The notes beneath the pieces are model-generated. The model was not told the DNA's origin. It did no database searches and worked only from the letters and a program-made list of their open reading frames with translations. Of a stretch of 64,000 nt of DNA, positions 10,662 through 20,966 are shown piece by piece. Made by a program: the position numbers and the translations under genes. Numbering within the stretch: position 1 is the first letter of the stretch; each line of letters starts with the position of its first letter. This DNA is from Abditibacterium sp. (lineage in GTDB: Bacteria > Armatimonadota > Abditibacteriia > Abditibacteriales > Abditibacteriaceae): contig CBDASK010000003.1 of assembly GCA_965199495.1 (NCBI GenBank), forward strand, positions 4,000,001-4,064,000. The letters are read 5' to 3'.

Positions 10662-11192
10662 TCAAATCAAACGCGCACGCTCGCGCAGTTTGGCGCGTAG
10701 AACGCGCGGCGTGAGAACATCGTCGGTCGTAATCGAGCGAATCGCGGCCCAGAGAATCGCGGTTAGGTTGAGCAGAAATAGGGCAATAAGTGGTAGCACG
10801 CCGAAAAATTTTATCGTCGTATACCCATAGAGATATAAGAGGCCAATAATATGGTTTGGTATGGAAAAAAGCAGCGCATAAAAGAAGCACCAAAAGATAT
10901 TCTGTGGCAGTATGAGTTTTTTGTCTCCTGCGACATTGCGCACTTTATTCCAAATTGCCAGCACTAAACCTACGGTAATGCCAAAAATAATTCCTGTCGT
11001 ATAGCTTGAAAGAAAAACTGTAGAAATCTGTTCTACAAGCAGATTTTGCATTGTGGAAACGCGCGGATTCGTGGTGGAAACAGCCGCCGTCACTCCAACA
11101 TTCACGACAACAGCGAATTGCGCGAAGCAGTAAGTAAGAAAGAACGCGCCACAAATTCCAAGCACCAAAGGAAATACCAAAAATCGTTTCAT
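10662..11192 (-). CDS. Hypothetical integral membrane protein (AT-rich)
   Basis: About four hydrophobic segments; ATG at 11192 overlaps the stop of the upstream TPR gene. Confidence 0.6.
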   Translation of the reverse strand: MKRFLVFPLVLGICGAFFLTYCFAQFAVVVNVGVTAAVSTTNPRVSTMQNLLVEQISTVFLSSYTTGIIFGITVGLVLAIWNKVRNVAGDKKLILPQNIFWCFFYALLFSIPNHIIGLLYLYGYTTIKFFGVLPLIALFLLNLTAILWAAIRSITTDDVLTPRVLRAKLRERARLI

Positions 11193-11869
11193 CAATCCAA
11201 TTTCTCCGCCATCATTGTGCGCGCCAACTCGCGGTCGCGCTCGCTTTCCCAAATCCAATTTTCCAACGGCGGCGCCGCGATAATCTGCTTTAACGTGCTG
11301 CGCGCTTTGGCCGGTTGATTATCGGCGATAAGCGCGTCGGCATAATAAAGCAACGTCGTGGAATTATCGGGCGAAATCTGCAAAGCGCGCTCGAAAAACG
11401 CGAGCGCGTAATCGAGGTTGCCGCCTAAAACTAACGGCTTGAGATGCGTGACGCGGCCCAGAACGCGGAGCGGCCCGGCGAAATGATAAGTCTCGTCAAT
11501 TTGCGCGGCGCGATTGAGTTGTTTTTGCGCGCGTCCCAGCGCCAAGCCCGCCGCGAGTTTGCCGCTCAAACGGGCGGCTTCGAGCGCGCAGGTCGCCGAC
11601 CAAAACGCGGCTTCGACGCGGTCGCCTTCCAACAATTGCGCAGCGCGAGCTTGTTCGGCGCCTCCCGCAAATAGCGCACGCGCTGCGTCAGGATTTTCAG
11701 TTTGCTCTTGCATCGCGCGAAAATGAGCGAAGCGCGAAGCGCGCCAGAGCCAACCATAATTGTCGGGTTTACCCGGCTTGATTTGCGCCAGCAACTCGTT
11801 TTGCAACGCGTTCAAATTTTCCGGCACATGGCGATTGGCGTAAAGCGCATCGAATTCGGCGAAAGTCAC
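11192..11869 (-). CDS. Tetratricopeptide-repeat protein (TatT-like)
   Basis: Helical TPR pattern: ALAFFERALQISPDNSTTLLYYADAL, GPLRVLGRV. Start uncertain (GTG 11869). Confidence 0.7.
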   Translation of the reverse strand: MTFAEFDALYANRHVPENLNALQNELLAQIKPGKPDNYGWLWRASRFAHFRAMQEQTENPDAARALFAGGAEQARAAQLLEGDRVEAAFWSATCALEAARLSGKLAAGLALGRAQKQLNRAAQIDETYHFAGPLRVLGRVTHLKPLVLGGNLDYALAFFERALQISPDNSTTLLYYADALIADNQPAKARSTLKQIIAAPPLENWIWESERDRELARTMMAEKLD

Positions 11870-11937
11870 GGGGAAAGGATAGAAGATAAAGGCGTCAAAA
11901 TGAAAGGGCACCGCTCAAATTTGATAAATTATATTCA

Positions 11938-12360
11938 ATGCAAAATTCACCTCAACCGCCGCTTCCGCCGCCCAACAATACGTGGGGCGGCTCGTCCATC
12001 GGTTCGTCGCCTTCGATGTCGCCGAGCGAAGAGAAAAACTGGGCCGTCGCCACGCATTTGGCTTCGCTTTCCGGTTATCTGGGCATTCCGTTCGGTCACA
12101 TTCTGGGGCCGCTCGTCTGTTGGCTGATGAAAAAGGACAGCTCCAACTTTCTCGATGAAGTCGGCAAAGAAACCGTCAATTACAACATTAGCATTATTAT
12201 TTGGTTCATCGTTTGTATTCCGCTCTGCTTTCTCATCATCGGCTTTTTTATGTTGGGCGCGCTGGCAATAATGGACATCATCGTCACCATCATGGCCGCC
12301 GTGGCTGCATCGAACGGCCAGCAATATAAATATCCGTTGACGATTCGATTCATTTCGTAA
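11938..12360 (+). CDS. DUF4870 family membrane protein
   Basis: EKNWAVATHL...GPLVCWL.KK...GKETVNY...G..YKYPLTIRFI. Confidence 0.85.
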   Translation: MQNSPQPPLPPPNNTWGGSSIGSSPSMSPSEEKNWAVATHLASLSGYLGIPFGHILGPLVCWLMKKDSSNFLDEVGKETVNYNISIIIWFIVCIPLCFLIIGFFMLGALAIMDIIVTIMAAVAASNGQQYKYPLTIRFIS

Positions 12361-12369
12361 AATCGCATT

Positions 12370-13353
12370 ATGTTTTCTGTGGAACCGTATGAATTTATGG
12401 ACGACGATAGCGTTTTTGAGTCACTTCAAAGCGTGAAATGGGGCGGTAAGATATGGGAATTGGCTCTACAAAATGACGCTCATCCCATTTATCTATATCT
12501 ACGTTTTAGGCAACTTGCAGGAGCTTGGCTCGCCGCAACGCCAGCGATAAAAGCTCCCTTCGAAGATGGACGCCGAGAGATTGCGCCAAGAGCGATATGG
12601 GAACGATTCATCGAGTGCCAAGAAAACGGGCGTTGGTCACGTTCATTGTTTTGGAACGAGCGATTTGAATTACGACAAAAAGGAGAACAGGCGCTTTATG
12701 GAATGAGTCTTTCGCCCGATGGAACAGGAAGTTGGGGCATCATGAACGCTCAGCGTCGGCGCGGAGCCGCATTTTTCTGGGGAAAAGACGAGAGAGATTA
12801 TCTTGCGAAGTCCAGTGCCACACAACTCGTGCAAAAGCTGCGAAGTTCTCCTGATGTTGAATTTGCGCGTCGATTACTTTTTACATCGAGAGATGAACTT
12901 TGGAACCTGATGTGGAAATGGAAACGTGGAGACCATCGAGAATTTGAGCGCGTCTTGGCTTGGGCACTTTTGGCTCAGGATGATTTGTGGCGAACCTTAA
13001 GCAATTTAAGTTGGCGCGTGAATTTAATTGAAGACGCCCAAAATAACGGAACCTGTCTGTTCTCCGACCAAAAGCGCAGCAACGATCCCCGAAATCCAAC
13101 CCCTTTGCCCCCAAAACTTGATCAAGCACTCGCGACGGCTTTACAGTGGTTTGGCCCGCGACTCAACCAACAGAGTATTGACCAGCACCTCGGTTTACAA
13201 AGGCTTTTGGGCGGCTTAATGCGCAACACTTGGTGTTTCCAAATAAATCCAGTTGACTTCACCGCGCACGAACAGCTCGAAGCTTCCGTCAAATGGCACG
13301 ATTGGTTGAGCCACGCGCAAAAAGAACTCGACGCCGAAAAAAGCGGAGCGTAA
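12370..13353 (+). CDS. Hypothetical protein, C-terminal 'TAHEQLEASVKWHDWL' family
   Basis: 327-aa Trp-rich ORF, visibly more AT-rich; motif shared with the ORFs at 3778 and 30003. Confidence 0.65.
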   Translation: MFSVEPYEFMDDDSVFESLQSVKWGGKIWELALQNDAHPIYLYLRFRQLAGAWLAATPAIKAPFEDGRREIAPRAIWERFIECQENGRWSRSLFWNERFELRQKGEQALYGMSLSPDGTGSWGIMNAQRRRGAAFFWGKDERDYLAKSSATQLVQKLRSSPDVEFARRLLFTSRDELWNLMWKWKRGDHREFERVLAWALLAQDDLWRTLSNLSWRVNLIEDAQNNGTCLFSDQKRSNDPRNPTPLPPKLDQALATALQWFGPRLNQQSIDQHLGLQRLLGGLMRNTWCFQINPVDFTAHEQLEASVKWHDWLSHAQKELDAEKSGA

Positions 13354-13388
13354 TCAGAATTACGCTCCGCGTTTTCGCGCCTAAGTTT

Positions 13389-14834
13389 CTACAACGCTTC
13401 TTGAATCCAGCACAAATTCAAACAGCGCGCCGCGTTCGCTTCGTCCATGCGCCCGACGCTCAAAGTATGCGGTGCGTGATGCAGCAAATCGGCATCGGTG
13501 CGCGCTTCTTCGGCGATTTGGATCATGGCATCGCAAAACTCGTCCAATGTCGCTTTGGTTTCGGTTTCGGTCGGCTCGATCATCAAACTTTCTTTGATAA
13601 TCGTCGGAAAATACATCGTCGGCGCGTGAAAACCATAATCCGGCAAACGTTTAGCCACGTCGAGCGCCGTCACGCCGTAATCGGTTTTGAAGTTGGCCAG
13701 ACTCAACACGCATTCGTGTTTGCAGACGTTTTCGTTAGCGGTTTCGTAGGTGTCTTTCAGGCGCGCCAAAATGTAGTTGGCCGCCAAAACCGCGTCGCTC
13801 GAAATCTCTTTGATGCCGTCGTCGCCGTGACGCAGAATGTAAGTTAAAGCGCGCAAAATCACGCCCGCGTTGCCGCCGAACGCGTGCAAGGCACCGACCG
13901 ATTGCGGCGCGTCGTTCCAGCTAAAAGCGCCGCTTTCGTCTTTGATGACGTGCGGCGAGGGCAAAAACGGGACGAGAATATCGCGCACCGCGACTGGCCC
14001 GGCGCCCGGCCCGCCGCCACCGTGCGGCGTCGAGAAGGTTTTGTGCACGTTGTAGTGCATCACGTCAATACCCATGTCGCCGGGCCGCACTTGACCGACA
14101 ATCGCGTTCATGTTGGCGCCGTCCATGTAAACGAGGGCGCCGTTTTCATGCGCGATTTCGCACAATTCGACTAACTGCGTCTCGAACACGCCCAGCGTGT
14201 TGGGGTTGGTAATCATCACAGCAGCCACGTCGGGGCCAATCGCGGCGCGCATCGCTTCGATGTCCACGCAACCGGCCTCGTTGGAATGCACGCTCGTCAC
14301 GTCATAGCCGCAACGCGCCGCGCTCGCCGGGTTGGTGCCGTGCGCCGAATCGGGCACCACAATGCGGCGGCGTTGGGTCGCTTCGCCGCGCGCTTCATGA
14401 TAGGCGCGAATCATCAACAATCCCGCGAATTCGCCCTGCGCGCCCGCCAGTGGCTGCACGCTGGCGTCGTGCAAACCAGCGATTTTGGCTAAAACGGTTT
14501 GCGCCTCGAACAAAACTTCGAGCCAGCCCTGACAAGTCGCGGCGTCTTGCAACGGATGAACGCTCGCAAAACCCGGCATCGCGGCGACGGCTTCGTTGAG
14601 CTTGGGATTGTATTTCATCGTGCAACTTCCCAACGGATAAAAATGCGTGTCAATCGAGAAGTTGAGTTGCGACAACCGCGTGAAATGGCGCACGAGGGAA
14701 TGCTCGTCCACTTCGGGGAGCGGTAAATCTTCGCGCGGCTCGAACGGCAAAGGCGACGTGGCTACATCGAGCGGCGGCAAGTAATCGTTGAATAGGCCGG
14801 GCTGGGAAAGCTCGAATAAAATGGGTTGATTCAT
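13389..14834 (-). CDS. gcvPB: Glycine dehydrogenase (decarboxylating) subunit 2
   Basis: YPLGSCTMKYNP, SAHGTNPASA, HKTFSTPHGGGGPG, IEPTETE. Confidence 0.96.
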   Translation of the reverse strand: MNQPILFELSQPGLFNDYLPPLDVATSPLPFEPREDLPLPEVDEHSLVRHFTRLSQLNFSIDTHFYPLGSCTMKYNPKLNEAVAAMPGFASVHPLQDAATCQGWLEVLFEAQTVLAKIAGLHDASVQPLAGAQGEFAGLLMIRAYHEARGEATQRRRIVVPDSAHGTNPASAARCGYDVTSVHSNEAGCVDIEAMRAAIGPDVAAVMITNPNTLGVFETQLVELCEIAHENGALVYMDGANMNAIVGQVRPGDMGIDVMHYNVHKTFSTPHGGGGPGAGPVAVRDILVPFLPSPHVIKDESGAFSWNDAPQSVGALHAFGGNAGVILRALTYILRHGDDGIKEISSDAVLAANYILARLKDTYETANENVCKHECVLSLANFKTDYGVTALDVAKRLPDYGFHAPTMYFPTIIKESLMIEPTETETKATLDEFCDAMIQIAEEARTDADLLHHAPHTLSVGRMDEANAARCLNLCWIQEAL

Positions 14835-14847
14835 AGTTCGTTTCCAA

Positions 14848-16179
14848 TTAAGCCGTCAAAAGTTCGACTAATTTATCGATGTCTTCGCGGGTGCGTTGTT
14901 CGGTGCAGCAAAGCAACATCGCGTTGCCGAGTTCGGGATAATCGCGGCTCAAATCGTAGCCGCCGATGATGTCGTTTTCGGCCAGCATTGCGTTAATTTC
15001 CGACGCGGGTTTGGCCAACTTAATCGCCCATTCATGGAAAAATGGCGCGTCCCATAACGTTTCGATCCCGGCGTTTTTCAATTGCTCGGCGGCGTAATGC
15101 GCCTTATGAAAGCTCTGTTCCGACACACCACGCACGCCTTGTTTGCCCATCGCGCCCAGATAAATCGTCGCCATCAACGCCATCAACGCTTGATTGGTGC
15201 AAATGTTGGAAGTCGCTTTTTCGCGGCGAATGTGCTGCTCGCGCGTTTGCAACGTCAGCGTAAATCCGGCTTTGCCATTGGCGTCGGTCGTGGTGCCGAC
15301 CAAACGGCCCGGCGCCAGACGAGCGAACTTTTTGCGGCAACAGAACAAACCCACGCCCGGCCCGCCAAAGCTCGACGCGATGCCAAGCGATTGGCCTTCG
15401 GCGACGGCGATGTCGGCATCGTAGCTGCCGGGCGCGGGCAAAATTCCCAGCGTCGCGGGGTTAAATACGACGATCAACAGCGCGCCTTTGGCGTGCGTGG
15501 CGTCGGCAATCGCTTGAACATCTTCCAAGGTGCCGAAGAAGTTCGGCTGCTGAATCACGACGGCGGCGACAGAATTGTCCAACTGCGCTTCGATAGAGGT
15601 CAGTGCCGTGGCTCCATCTTGGAAGTCAACTTCTTGAATATCGAGTTTGAGACCCTGCGTATAAGTCGAAGCGACGCGACGGTAGAACGGCGAAACCGCG
15701 CGCGGCATCAAAATGCGGTCGCGTTTGGTCGAGGCGCTCGCCATAATCAAGGCTTCGGCCAGCGCCGTGGCTCCATCGTAGAGGCTGGCGTTGGCCATTT
15801 CCATTCCACTCAGTTGGCACAAAAGCGTCTGAAATTCGTAGATGACCTGCAACGTGCCCTGCGAAGTTTCGGCCTGATATGGCGTGTAGGCCGTCGCGAA
15901 CTCGCCGCGCAGAGCCACGGCGGGCACGACGGCGGGAATATAATGGTCGTAACTTCCGGCGCCTAAAAAACAAGCGGCGGTCGAGAAATCGAGATTTTTG
16001 CTCGCTAATTTCGCCATGCGACGGCGCGCCTCCATTTCGGAGAGCGGCGCGCCCAAACCCAAATCGGCCTGATCGCGCAGGGATTGACGAATATCGTGGA
16101 ACAAATCGGCGGGCGAATCGATACCGATCCGCTCGCACATCGCGGCCCGGTCGGCGGCGGTGAGGGCAGAGTAGGACAT
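14848..16179 (-). CDS. gcvPA: Glycine dehydrogenase (decarboxylating) subunit 1
   Basis: FLGAG.YDH, TAYTPYQAE.SQG.LQ, REQHIRREKATSNICTNQ; start at ATG 16179. Confidence 0.95.
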   Translation of the reverse strand: MSYSALTAADRAAMCERIGIDSPADLFHDIRQSLRDQADLGLGAPLSEMEARRRMAKLASKNLDFSTAACFLGAGSYDHYIPAVVPAVALRGEFATAYTPYQAETSQGTLQVIYEFQTLLCQLSGMEMANASLYDGATALAEALIMASASTKRDRILMPRAVSPFYRRVASTYTQGLKLDIQEVDFQDGATALTSIEAQLDNSVAAVVIQQPNFFGTLEDVQAIADATHAKGALLIVVFNPATLGILPAPGSYDADIAVAEGQSLGIASSFGGPGVGLFCCRKKFARLAPGRLVGTTTDANGKAGFTLTLQTREQHIRREKATSNICTNQALMALMATIYLGAMGKQGVRGVSEQSFHKAHYAAEQLKNAGIETLWDAPFFHEWAIKLAKPASEINAMLAENDIIGGYDLSRDYPELGNAMLLCCTEQRTREDIDKLVELLTA

Positions 16180-16185
16180 TGTTTT

Positions 16186-16280
16186 AAAGGGACAAGGGGC
16201 AGGGGACAAGGAACAGCAAATCTGCGGATTCGAGGGAGTGTTAGAATTTTCTCCCTTGTTCCTTGCCACTTGTTCCCTTA
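16186..16280. repeat. Heptamer inverted-repeat element (GGACAAG / CTTGTTC units)
   Basis: Left arm agggacaaggggcaggggacaaggaacag, right arm cttgttccttgccacttgttccct; lies between gcvH and gcvPA. Confidence 0.7.
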
Positions 16281-16655
16281 ACCGCGATACGCTTGATACT
16301 CGTCGGCGCTCATCAATTCGCCGAGCGCATCGGGATTTTCGATGCGGGCTTTGATGATCCAACCACCCTCAAACGCCGCTTCGTTGATTTGTGCGGGTTC
16401 GGCTTCCAACGCTTCGTTGATTTCGGTTACTTCACCCGCGATGGGCGCATTGAGTTCGGCGACGGCTTTGACCGATTCGACGACGCCAAACGAAACGCCG
16501 GGCGAAAGTTTCTGGCCGACTTCGGGCAGTTCGATAAAGACCAATTCGCCCAGTTCATGTTGAGCGTAATCGGTAATGCCAATGGTGACAACGTCGCCTT
16601 CAAGGCGAACCCACTCGTCGGAGCGCGTATATTTCAGATCGGAAGGAATGTTCAT
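16278..16655 (-). CDS. gcvH: Glycine cleavage system H protein
   Basis: IGITDYAQHELG, lipoyl site VESVKA. Confidence 0.97.
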   Translation of the reverse strand: MNIPSDLKYTRSDEWVRLEGDVVTIGITDYAQHELGELVFIELPEVGQKLSPGVSFGVVESVKAVAELNAPIAGEVTEINEALEAEPAQINEAAFEGGWIIKARIENPDALGELMSADEYQAYRG

Positions 16656-16764
16656 GGCGATTTCTCTCCCTTATATTTTCCGCGTTTTTCATGCCACGCA
16701 AAACCCCTATTTTGGTAGCACAGCAATCTATCAATGTATCAAGATGGAAGAATGAATGGTTAGC

Positions 16765-17832
16765 TTAGCCTCGCACATGAGCCACGAACGGCTTTTTGAC
16801 GATACGCGCGCGTTGCGGTTTGTCGCGCACCATCACGTCCACCGAATCGCCGATGGCCAATTTAATTTGGCTCGCCGCGAGGGCGATGCCCGCGCCAACT
16901 GTGGGCGACATCGTGCCGCTGGTGATTTCGCCGATAATTTCGCCGTTTTGGGCGATGGGATAACCTTCGCGTGGAATCGCTTTGCCATCCATTTGCAGCG
17001 CGACAATGCGTTGTTGGGCTTCGCGCATTCCAGCTTCGCGCCCGATGAATGGGCCTTTATCAGCCTTAAACGCCCAGCCCGCGCCCGATTCGGCGGGCGT
17101 CCAAGTTTCGCGCAGTTCGTGGCCGTAAAGCGGCAAGCCCGCTTCCAAACGCAAGACATCGCGCGCGCCCAATCCGCACGGCGTCACTTCGACTTGAATC
17201 AAATTGTTCCAAACTTCGGTCGCCGATTCGGCGGGAAAAATAAACTCGAAACCGTCGCTGCCGGTATAGCCACCGCGCGCCAATTGGCCGTTGATGCCGA
17301 AGATTTCGGCTTCGAGATAGTTGCGCCAGACCATCGGATGCGGCAAATTGCCGTGCGCGCTTAAAATCTCGAACGCGCGCGGCCCTTGAATCGCCAGCAT
17401 CGCGGTTTGACTGGTGCGATTTTCCAGTTCGATTCCAGACGGTAAATGCGCGCGCAGATGCGCTTCGACGGCCTCGACGCGGCTGGCGTTTGAGACGATG
17501 TCCCAATGCTGCCGATTGACGTGATAGCCCATAATATCGTCAATGGCGCCGCCATTTTCGTTCAGCAACAGCGAGTAAGCGGCGGTATTATTAGGCGCAT
17601 CGGCCCAATCGGAGCAGACGAGTTGATTGAGCGCCGCGCCGACATTTTCGCCGCGCGCGCTAAAACGCGCCATGTGCGAAACGTCGAAAACGCCGCAACC
17701 CTCGCGCACGGCGCGAACTTCGGGAATGACGCCCGTATATTGAACCGGCATTTCCCATCCGGCAAAAGGCACCATGCGGCCTCCGGTGGCGACGTGGCTG
17801 TTATAGAGGACGGTGCGTTGAAGTGATTCCAT
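16765..17832 (-). CDS. gcvT: Glycine cleavage system aminomethyltransferase T
   Basis: FAGWEMPVQY, FDVSHM, GYTGSDGFE, GLGARDVLRLEAGLPLYG; start at ATG 17832. Confidence 0.95.
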   Translation of the reverse strand: MESLQRTVLYNSHVATGGRMVPFAGWEMPVQYTGVIPEVRAVREGCGVFDVSHMARFSARGENVGAALNQLVCSDWADAPNNTAAYSLLLNENGGAIDDIMGYHVNRQHWDIVSNASRVEAVEAHLRAHLPSGIELENRTSQTAMLAIQGPRAFEILSAHGNLPHPMVWRNYLEAEIFGINGQLARGGYTGSDGFEFIFPAESATEVWNNLIQVEVTPCGLGARDVLRLEAGLPLYGHELRETWTPAESGAGWAFKADKGPFIGREAGMREAQQRIVALQMDGKAIPREGYPIAQNGEIIGEITSGTMSPTVGAGIALAASQIKLAIGDSVDVMVRDKPQRARIVKKPFVAHVRG

Positions 17833-17895
17833 CGCTTTACAATTTAACGCACTCTGGGCTGTCGGGACAAAATTGAACAGGTGTCGCGCGCCACA

Positions 17896-17932
17896 CAAAA
17901 AATGAGGCCGCAACCTCAGATTGCGGCCTCAT
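17896..17932 (-). terminator. Rho-independent terminator after the yegP-like gene
   Basis: ATGAGGCCGCAA-loop-TTGCGGCCTCAT hairpin followed by a U-tract on the minus strand. Confidence 0.7.
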
Positions 17933-17950
17933 CAAATGAGAGAGTGCCGA

Positions 17951-18289
17951 TTAATCGGCAACTTCGGTCAAATCTTTGATCGTCGTGGAGACACAGTTTT
18001 TCTGCACTGAGGCCATGCCATTCTTGCAGGCCGCTTCGGAGGAGTAGGATTCGCTGTGTCCGATCTCCTGACCATTGCCAGCTTTGAGAACAAAGTAAGG
18101 CTGATCGGACTTCGTGATGCGGAGTTCATATTTGCTTTCGTCTGGCCCATTTTTTTGCACCGATTCGATGCCCGACATCGCGCCCGATTTCTGGACGTAG
18201 GCTTCGCTGGAAAGGATGATCTCTCCGTTGCCCGCTTTGAGGTTAAAGCGAAATTGGCCCGACTTGTCTTTTTTGATTTCGTAGCTCAT
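17951..18289 (-). CDS. YegP/DUF1508 family protein (two tandem domains)
   Basis: FRFNLKAGNGEIILSSEAY and YFVLKAGNGQEIGHSESY repeats. Confidence 0.9.
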   Translation of the reverse strand: MSYEIKKDKSGQFRFNLKAGNGEIILSSEAYVQKSGAMSGIESVQKNGPDESKYELRITKSDQPYFVLKAGNGQEIGHSESYSSEAACKNGMASVQKNCVSTTIKDLTEVAD

Positions 18290-18464
18290 GATGATATTGA
18301 CAAACTCAAATTCAAACTCCCACAGAGAATTTCCTCGCAATCTTTATTCAACTTCATTTAGATTTTTGAAAGGATGATCAGAGTGTAACTAAAAAATTTA
18401 GATTTATGCACCTAAAAAATTGATGATTCCGGTTGGCCCGATGAGGCGAGATGTCCTCAGCGAA

Positions 18465-19676
18465 TTATAAAGCCCAGTAACTCGCGTCCAATTTTTCCAT
18501 CGCTTCATCCACATCGCTTTCGCTGATGGTGAGCGGTGGCAGAAAGCGCGTAATCGAATCGCCGACGGCGTTGAAAACCAAGCCGTTTTCCAGCGATTTC
18601 AACATTAAATCGCGCGCAATCGGACGGTTAAGTTCCAGCCCCAACATCAAGCCACGCCCACGAGCTTGAGTCGCCAGACCGGTTTGCTGGCCCCAGTCGC
18701 TCAGCTTTTGCGCCAAGTAAGTGCCGACGCGCGCGGCGTTTTCCATCGCGTTTTCGTCTTCCATCGCTTGCAATGTCGCCAGCGCCGCCGCGCTCGCCAG
18801 AAAATTGCCGCCGAACGTGGTGCCGTGGCTGCCCGGCGTCATCGCGAGCGCGATTTGGTCGCGCGCCAGAACCGCGCCAATCGGAACGCCGTTGGCCAGA
18901 CCTTTGGCGAGCGGAATCATGTCGGCCTCCACGTCATACCAAGAGTGCGCGAAAAATTTGCCGGTGCGGCCCATGCCACATTGCACTTCGTCCAAAATCA
19001 GTAGTGCCCCTTTTTCGTCGCAGATTTCGCGCGCGGCCTTGACAAAAGCGGCATCCAATTCCAAAACACCGCTTTCGCCTAAAATCGCCTCGAACATCAC
19101 CGCCGCCGTTTTCTCGGTTACGTTCGCGCGCAAATCTTCGATGTCGTTGAGGTGAACGTGTTTGAATCCGTCCGGCAACGGCCCGAAACCTTCTTGATAT
19201 TTCGGCTGGCCCGTCGCGGCCAGAGCGCCCAGCGTGCGACCGTGAAAACTCTTCCACAAAGTCACGATCTCGTTGCGCTCTGTTTCGCCGCGATCATAAG
19301 CGTAGCGGCGCGCGATTTTGATGGCGGCTTCGTTGGCTTCGGTGCCACTGTTGCAGAAAAACGCGCGCATTCCGCCGCTCATTTCGCTCAGTTTGGCGGC
19401 TAACTCGACTTGCGGCTCGATATAAAAATAGTTCGAGGTATGCAGAATTTGGCTCGCTTGATGAGCAATCGCTTCGGTCACGCGCGGATGGTTGTGGCCC
19501 ATCACGACAACGGCGATGCCGCCCAGAAAATCGAGATATTCGCGTCCACTGTCGTCCCACAATCGTGCGCCCTGTCCGCGCACGAAAGCGTAAGGCAAAC
19601 GCGTCCCGTAGTTTTGAAACGCATGGGCGGCGTCGAGCCGTTGAAGGTCGGCAAGCAGAGAAGTTTGAGTGGGCAT
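18465..19676 (-). CDS. argD: Acetylornithine aminotransferase
   Basis: DFLGGIAV, NSGTEANEAAIK, SFHGRT, DEVQCGMGRTG, AKGLANG, HGTTFGGN. Confidence 0.9.
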   Translation of the reverse strand: MPTQTSLLADLQRLDAAHAFQNYGTRLPYAFVRGQGARLWDDSGREYLDFLGGIAVVVMGHNHPRVTEAIAHQASQILHTSNYFYIEPQVELAAKLSEMSGGMRAFFCNSGTEANEAAIKIARRYAYDRGETERNEIVTLWKSFHGRTLGALAATGQPKYQEGFGPLPDGFKHVHLNDIEDLRANVTEKTAAVMFEAILGESGVLELDAAFVKAAREICDEKGALLILDEVQCGMGRTGKFFAHSWYDVEADMIPLAKGLANGVPIGAVLARDQIALAMTPGSHGTTFGGNFLASAAALATLQAMEDENAMENAARVGTYLAQKLSDWGQQTGLATQARGRGLMLGLELNRPIARDLMLKSLENGLVFNAVGDSITRFLPPLTISESDVDEAMEKLDASYWAL

Positions 19677-19871
19677 GGTTGGAAAATGTCCGGTGAGCGC
19701 GGCACAGTTTGGCACATTAACGCCGCTTTTATCTCGCATTTCAGAAACATTGCGTGCCAATGCTTCCATAAAAACCAGTTATTGGCGGACACGCGCGCGT
19801 CTTCGTGGTAAATTATTGGTGTCGGTTTGCAATTGTTGTCTTTTAGAAAGTCCACAGATTTTTATTTTCCC

Positions 19872-20936
19872 ATGCACTTCTCTCGCCCCACGCGCGTTTC
19901 CGTCATCGTTTTTCTGTGCGCCGCTTCGTCGTTGGCTCTGGCCCTTCCCAGTCTGTCTCAGCCCGGCTTGACTCCGCCCGGTGCGCTTCCGTCCGGCGCG
20001 GCGACTACGACAACCACCACAACATCATCGGCGCCGCTCATTCAAAGTATGGTCAAAGGGCGAGCGATCATCGGGCAACTGCGCAGTTCGTCGCCTAACC
20101 GCCCGACTCCAGTCAAGAAAAAGCTGACTTCTAAACAGCGCGCCGTTGAAGCGCGTCGCATCGCGAAGATGACGCCCGCCCAGCGCAAAAAAATGGTGAT
20201 GAAGAAATACGATATCGCGCCGCGTGGCTGGCTGGCGTCCTATCTGCCCGCCGACCGCTATAAGTTTGGCAAGGTCTGGCAATACGTTTCGACCGAAACC
20301 GACAAGCGTTATTATCGCCCGCAGGACATGGCGCGCAAAAATTTCAACGCCAACAAAGTCATCGGTTTCCGCACCTGGCAACTGGCATTGGCCGCCGGTT
20401 ACACGCCCGATCCGGTGAGCAAACCCGCGCCCGGCGCGCAGGTTCTGGCGCTCTCGCAATACGCCAAAGGCCCGAACTTTTACCGCTTCGTGGAATATAC
20501 CTATTCGGGGCAGGTCGCGCCCGCCCAATTCGAGGCCAGCTACAATTACGCGCGCAAAGTCACCAACGCCCTGCGCAGTTCCAAAGAGGGGCGCCGCTAC
20601 ATGAGCAACACACTCGACCGCGTTTTTCAGGCGATTGTCGAGGGCAATCCCAACCTGATTCCGCGCACCGTCGGCGGCCCGCCGCCCGCACCAGCCACGG
20701 CAAATGGCAGTTTTGGAGCCGAAGGCGGATTGGGCGGAACTGGCGCGCCCTCCGGTGCGCCTAATTTCCCCGGCAATGTCAACGGCCCCGGCAGTTCGCC
20801 GTCAGGTTTCCCCGGCAGTTCGCCATCGGGCATTCCCAACGATCCCAACGCTGCAAGCGGCGGGCGTGTCGGTCAGTTCAACCAATTCGGCAACCGCGCC
20901 GGAAGCATAGGAAACACGTCGCCCGATGGTCAATAG
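19872..20936 (+). CDS. Secreted hypothetical protein with a Cys-less Ada/sunset-like domain and Gly/Pro-rich tail
   Basis: Signal-like N-terminus; WLASYLPADRYK...YVSTETD..YY.P...VIGF..WQLALAAGYTPDP. Confidence 0.65.
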   Translation: MHFSRPTRVSVIVFLCAASSLALALPSLSQPGLTPPGALPSGAATTTTTTTSSAPLIQSMVKGRAIIGQLRSSSPNRPTPVKKKLTSKQRAVEARRIAKMTPAQRKKMVMKKYDIAPRGWLASYLPADRYKFGKVWQYVSTETDKRYYRPQDMARKNFNANKVIGFRTWQLALAAGYTPDPVSKPAPGAQVLALSQYAKGPNFYRFVEYTYSGQVAPAQFEASYNYARKVTNALRSSKEGRRYMSNTLDRVFQAIVEGNPNLIPRTVGGPPPAPATANGSFGAEGGLGGTGAPSGAPNFPGNVNGPGSSPSGFPGSSPSGIPNDPNAASGGRVGQFNQFGNRAGSIGNTSPDGQ

Positions 20937-20966
20937 TTTTTGATCTGGTGAAAATTGGAAAGCCTT

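Noticed and set aside
17833..17950. Glycine riboswitch upstream of gcvT
   Set aside because: The gap is about 120 nt and largely occupied by the upstream gene's terminator; no glycine aptamer consensus was recognised.
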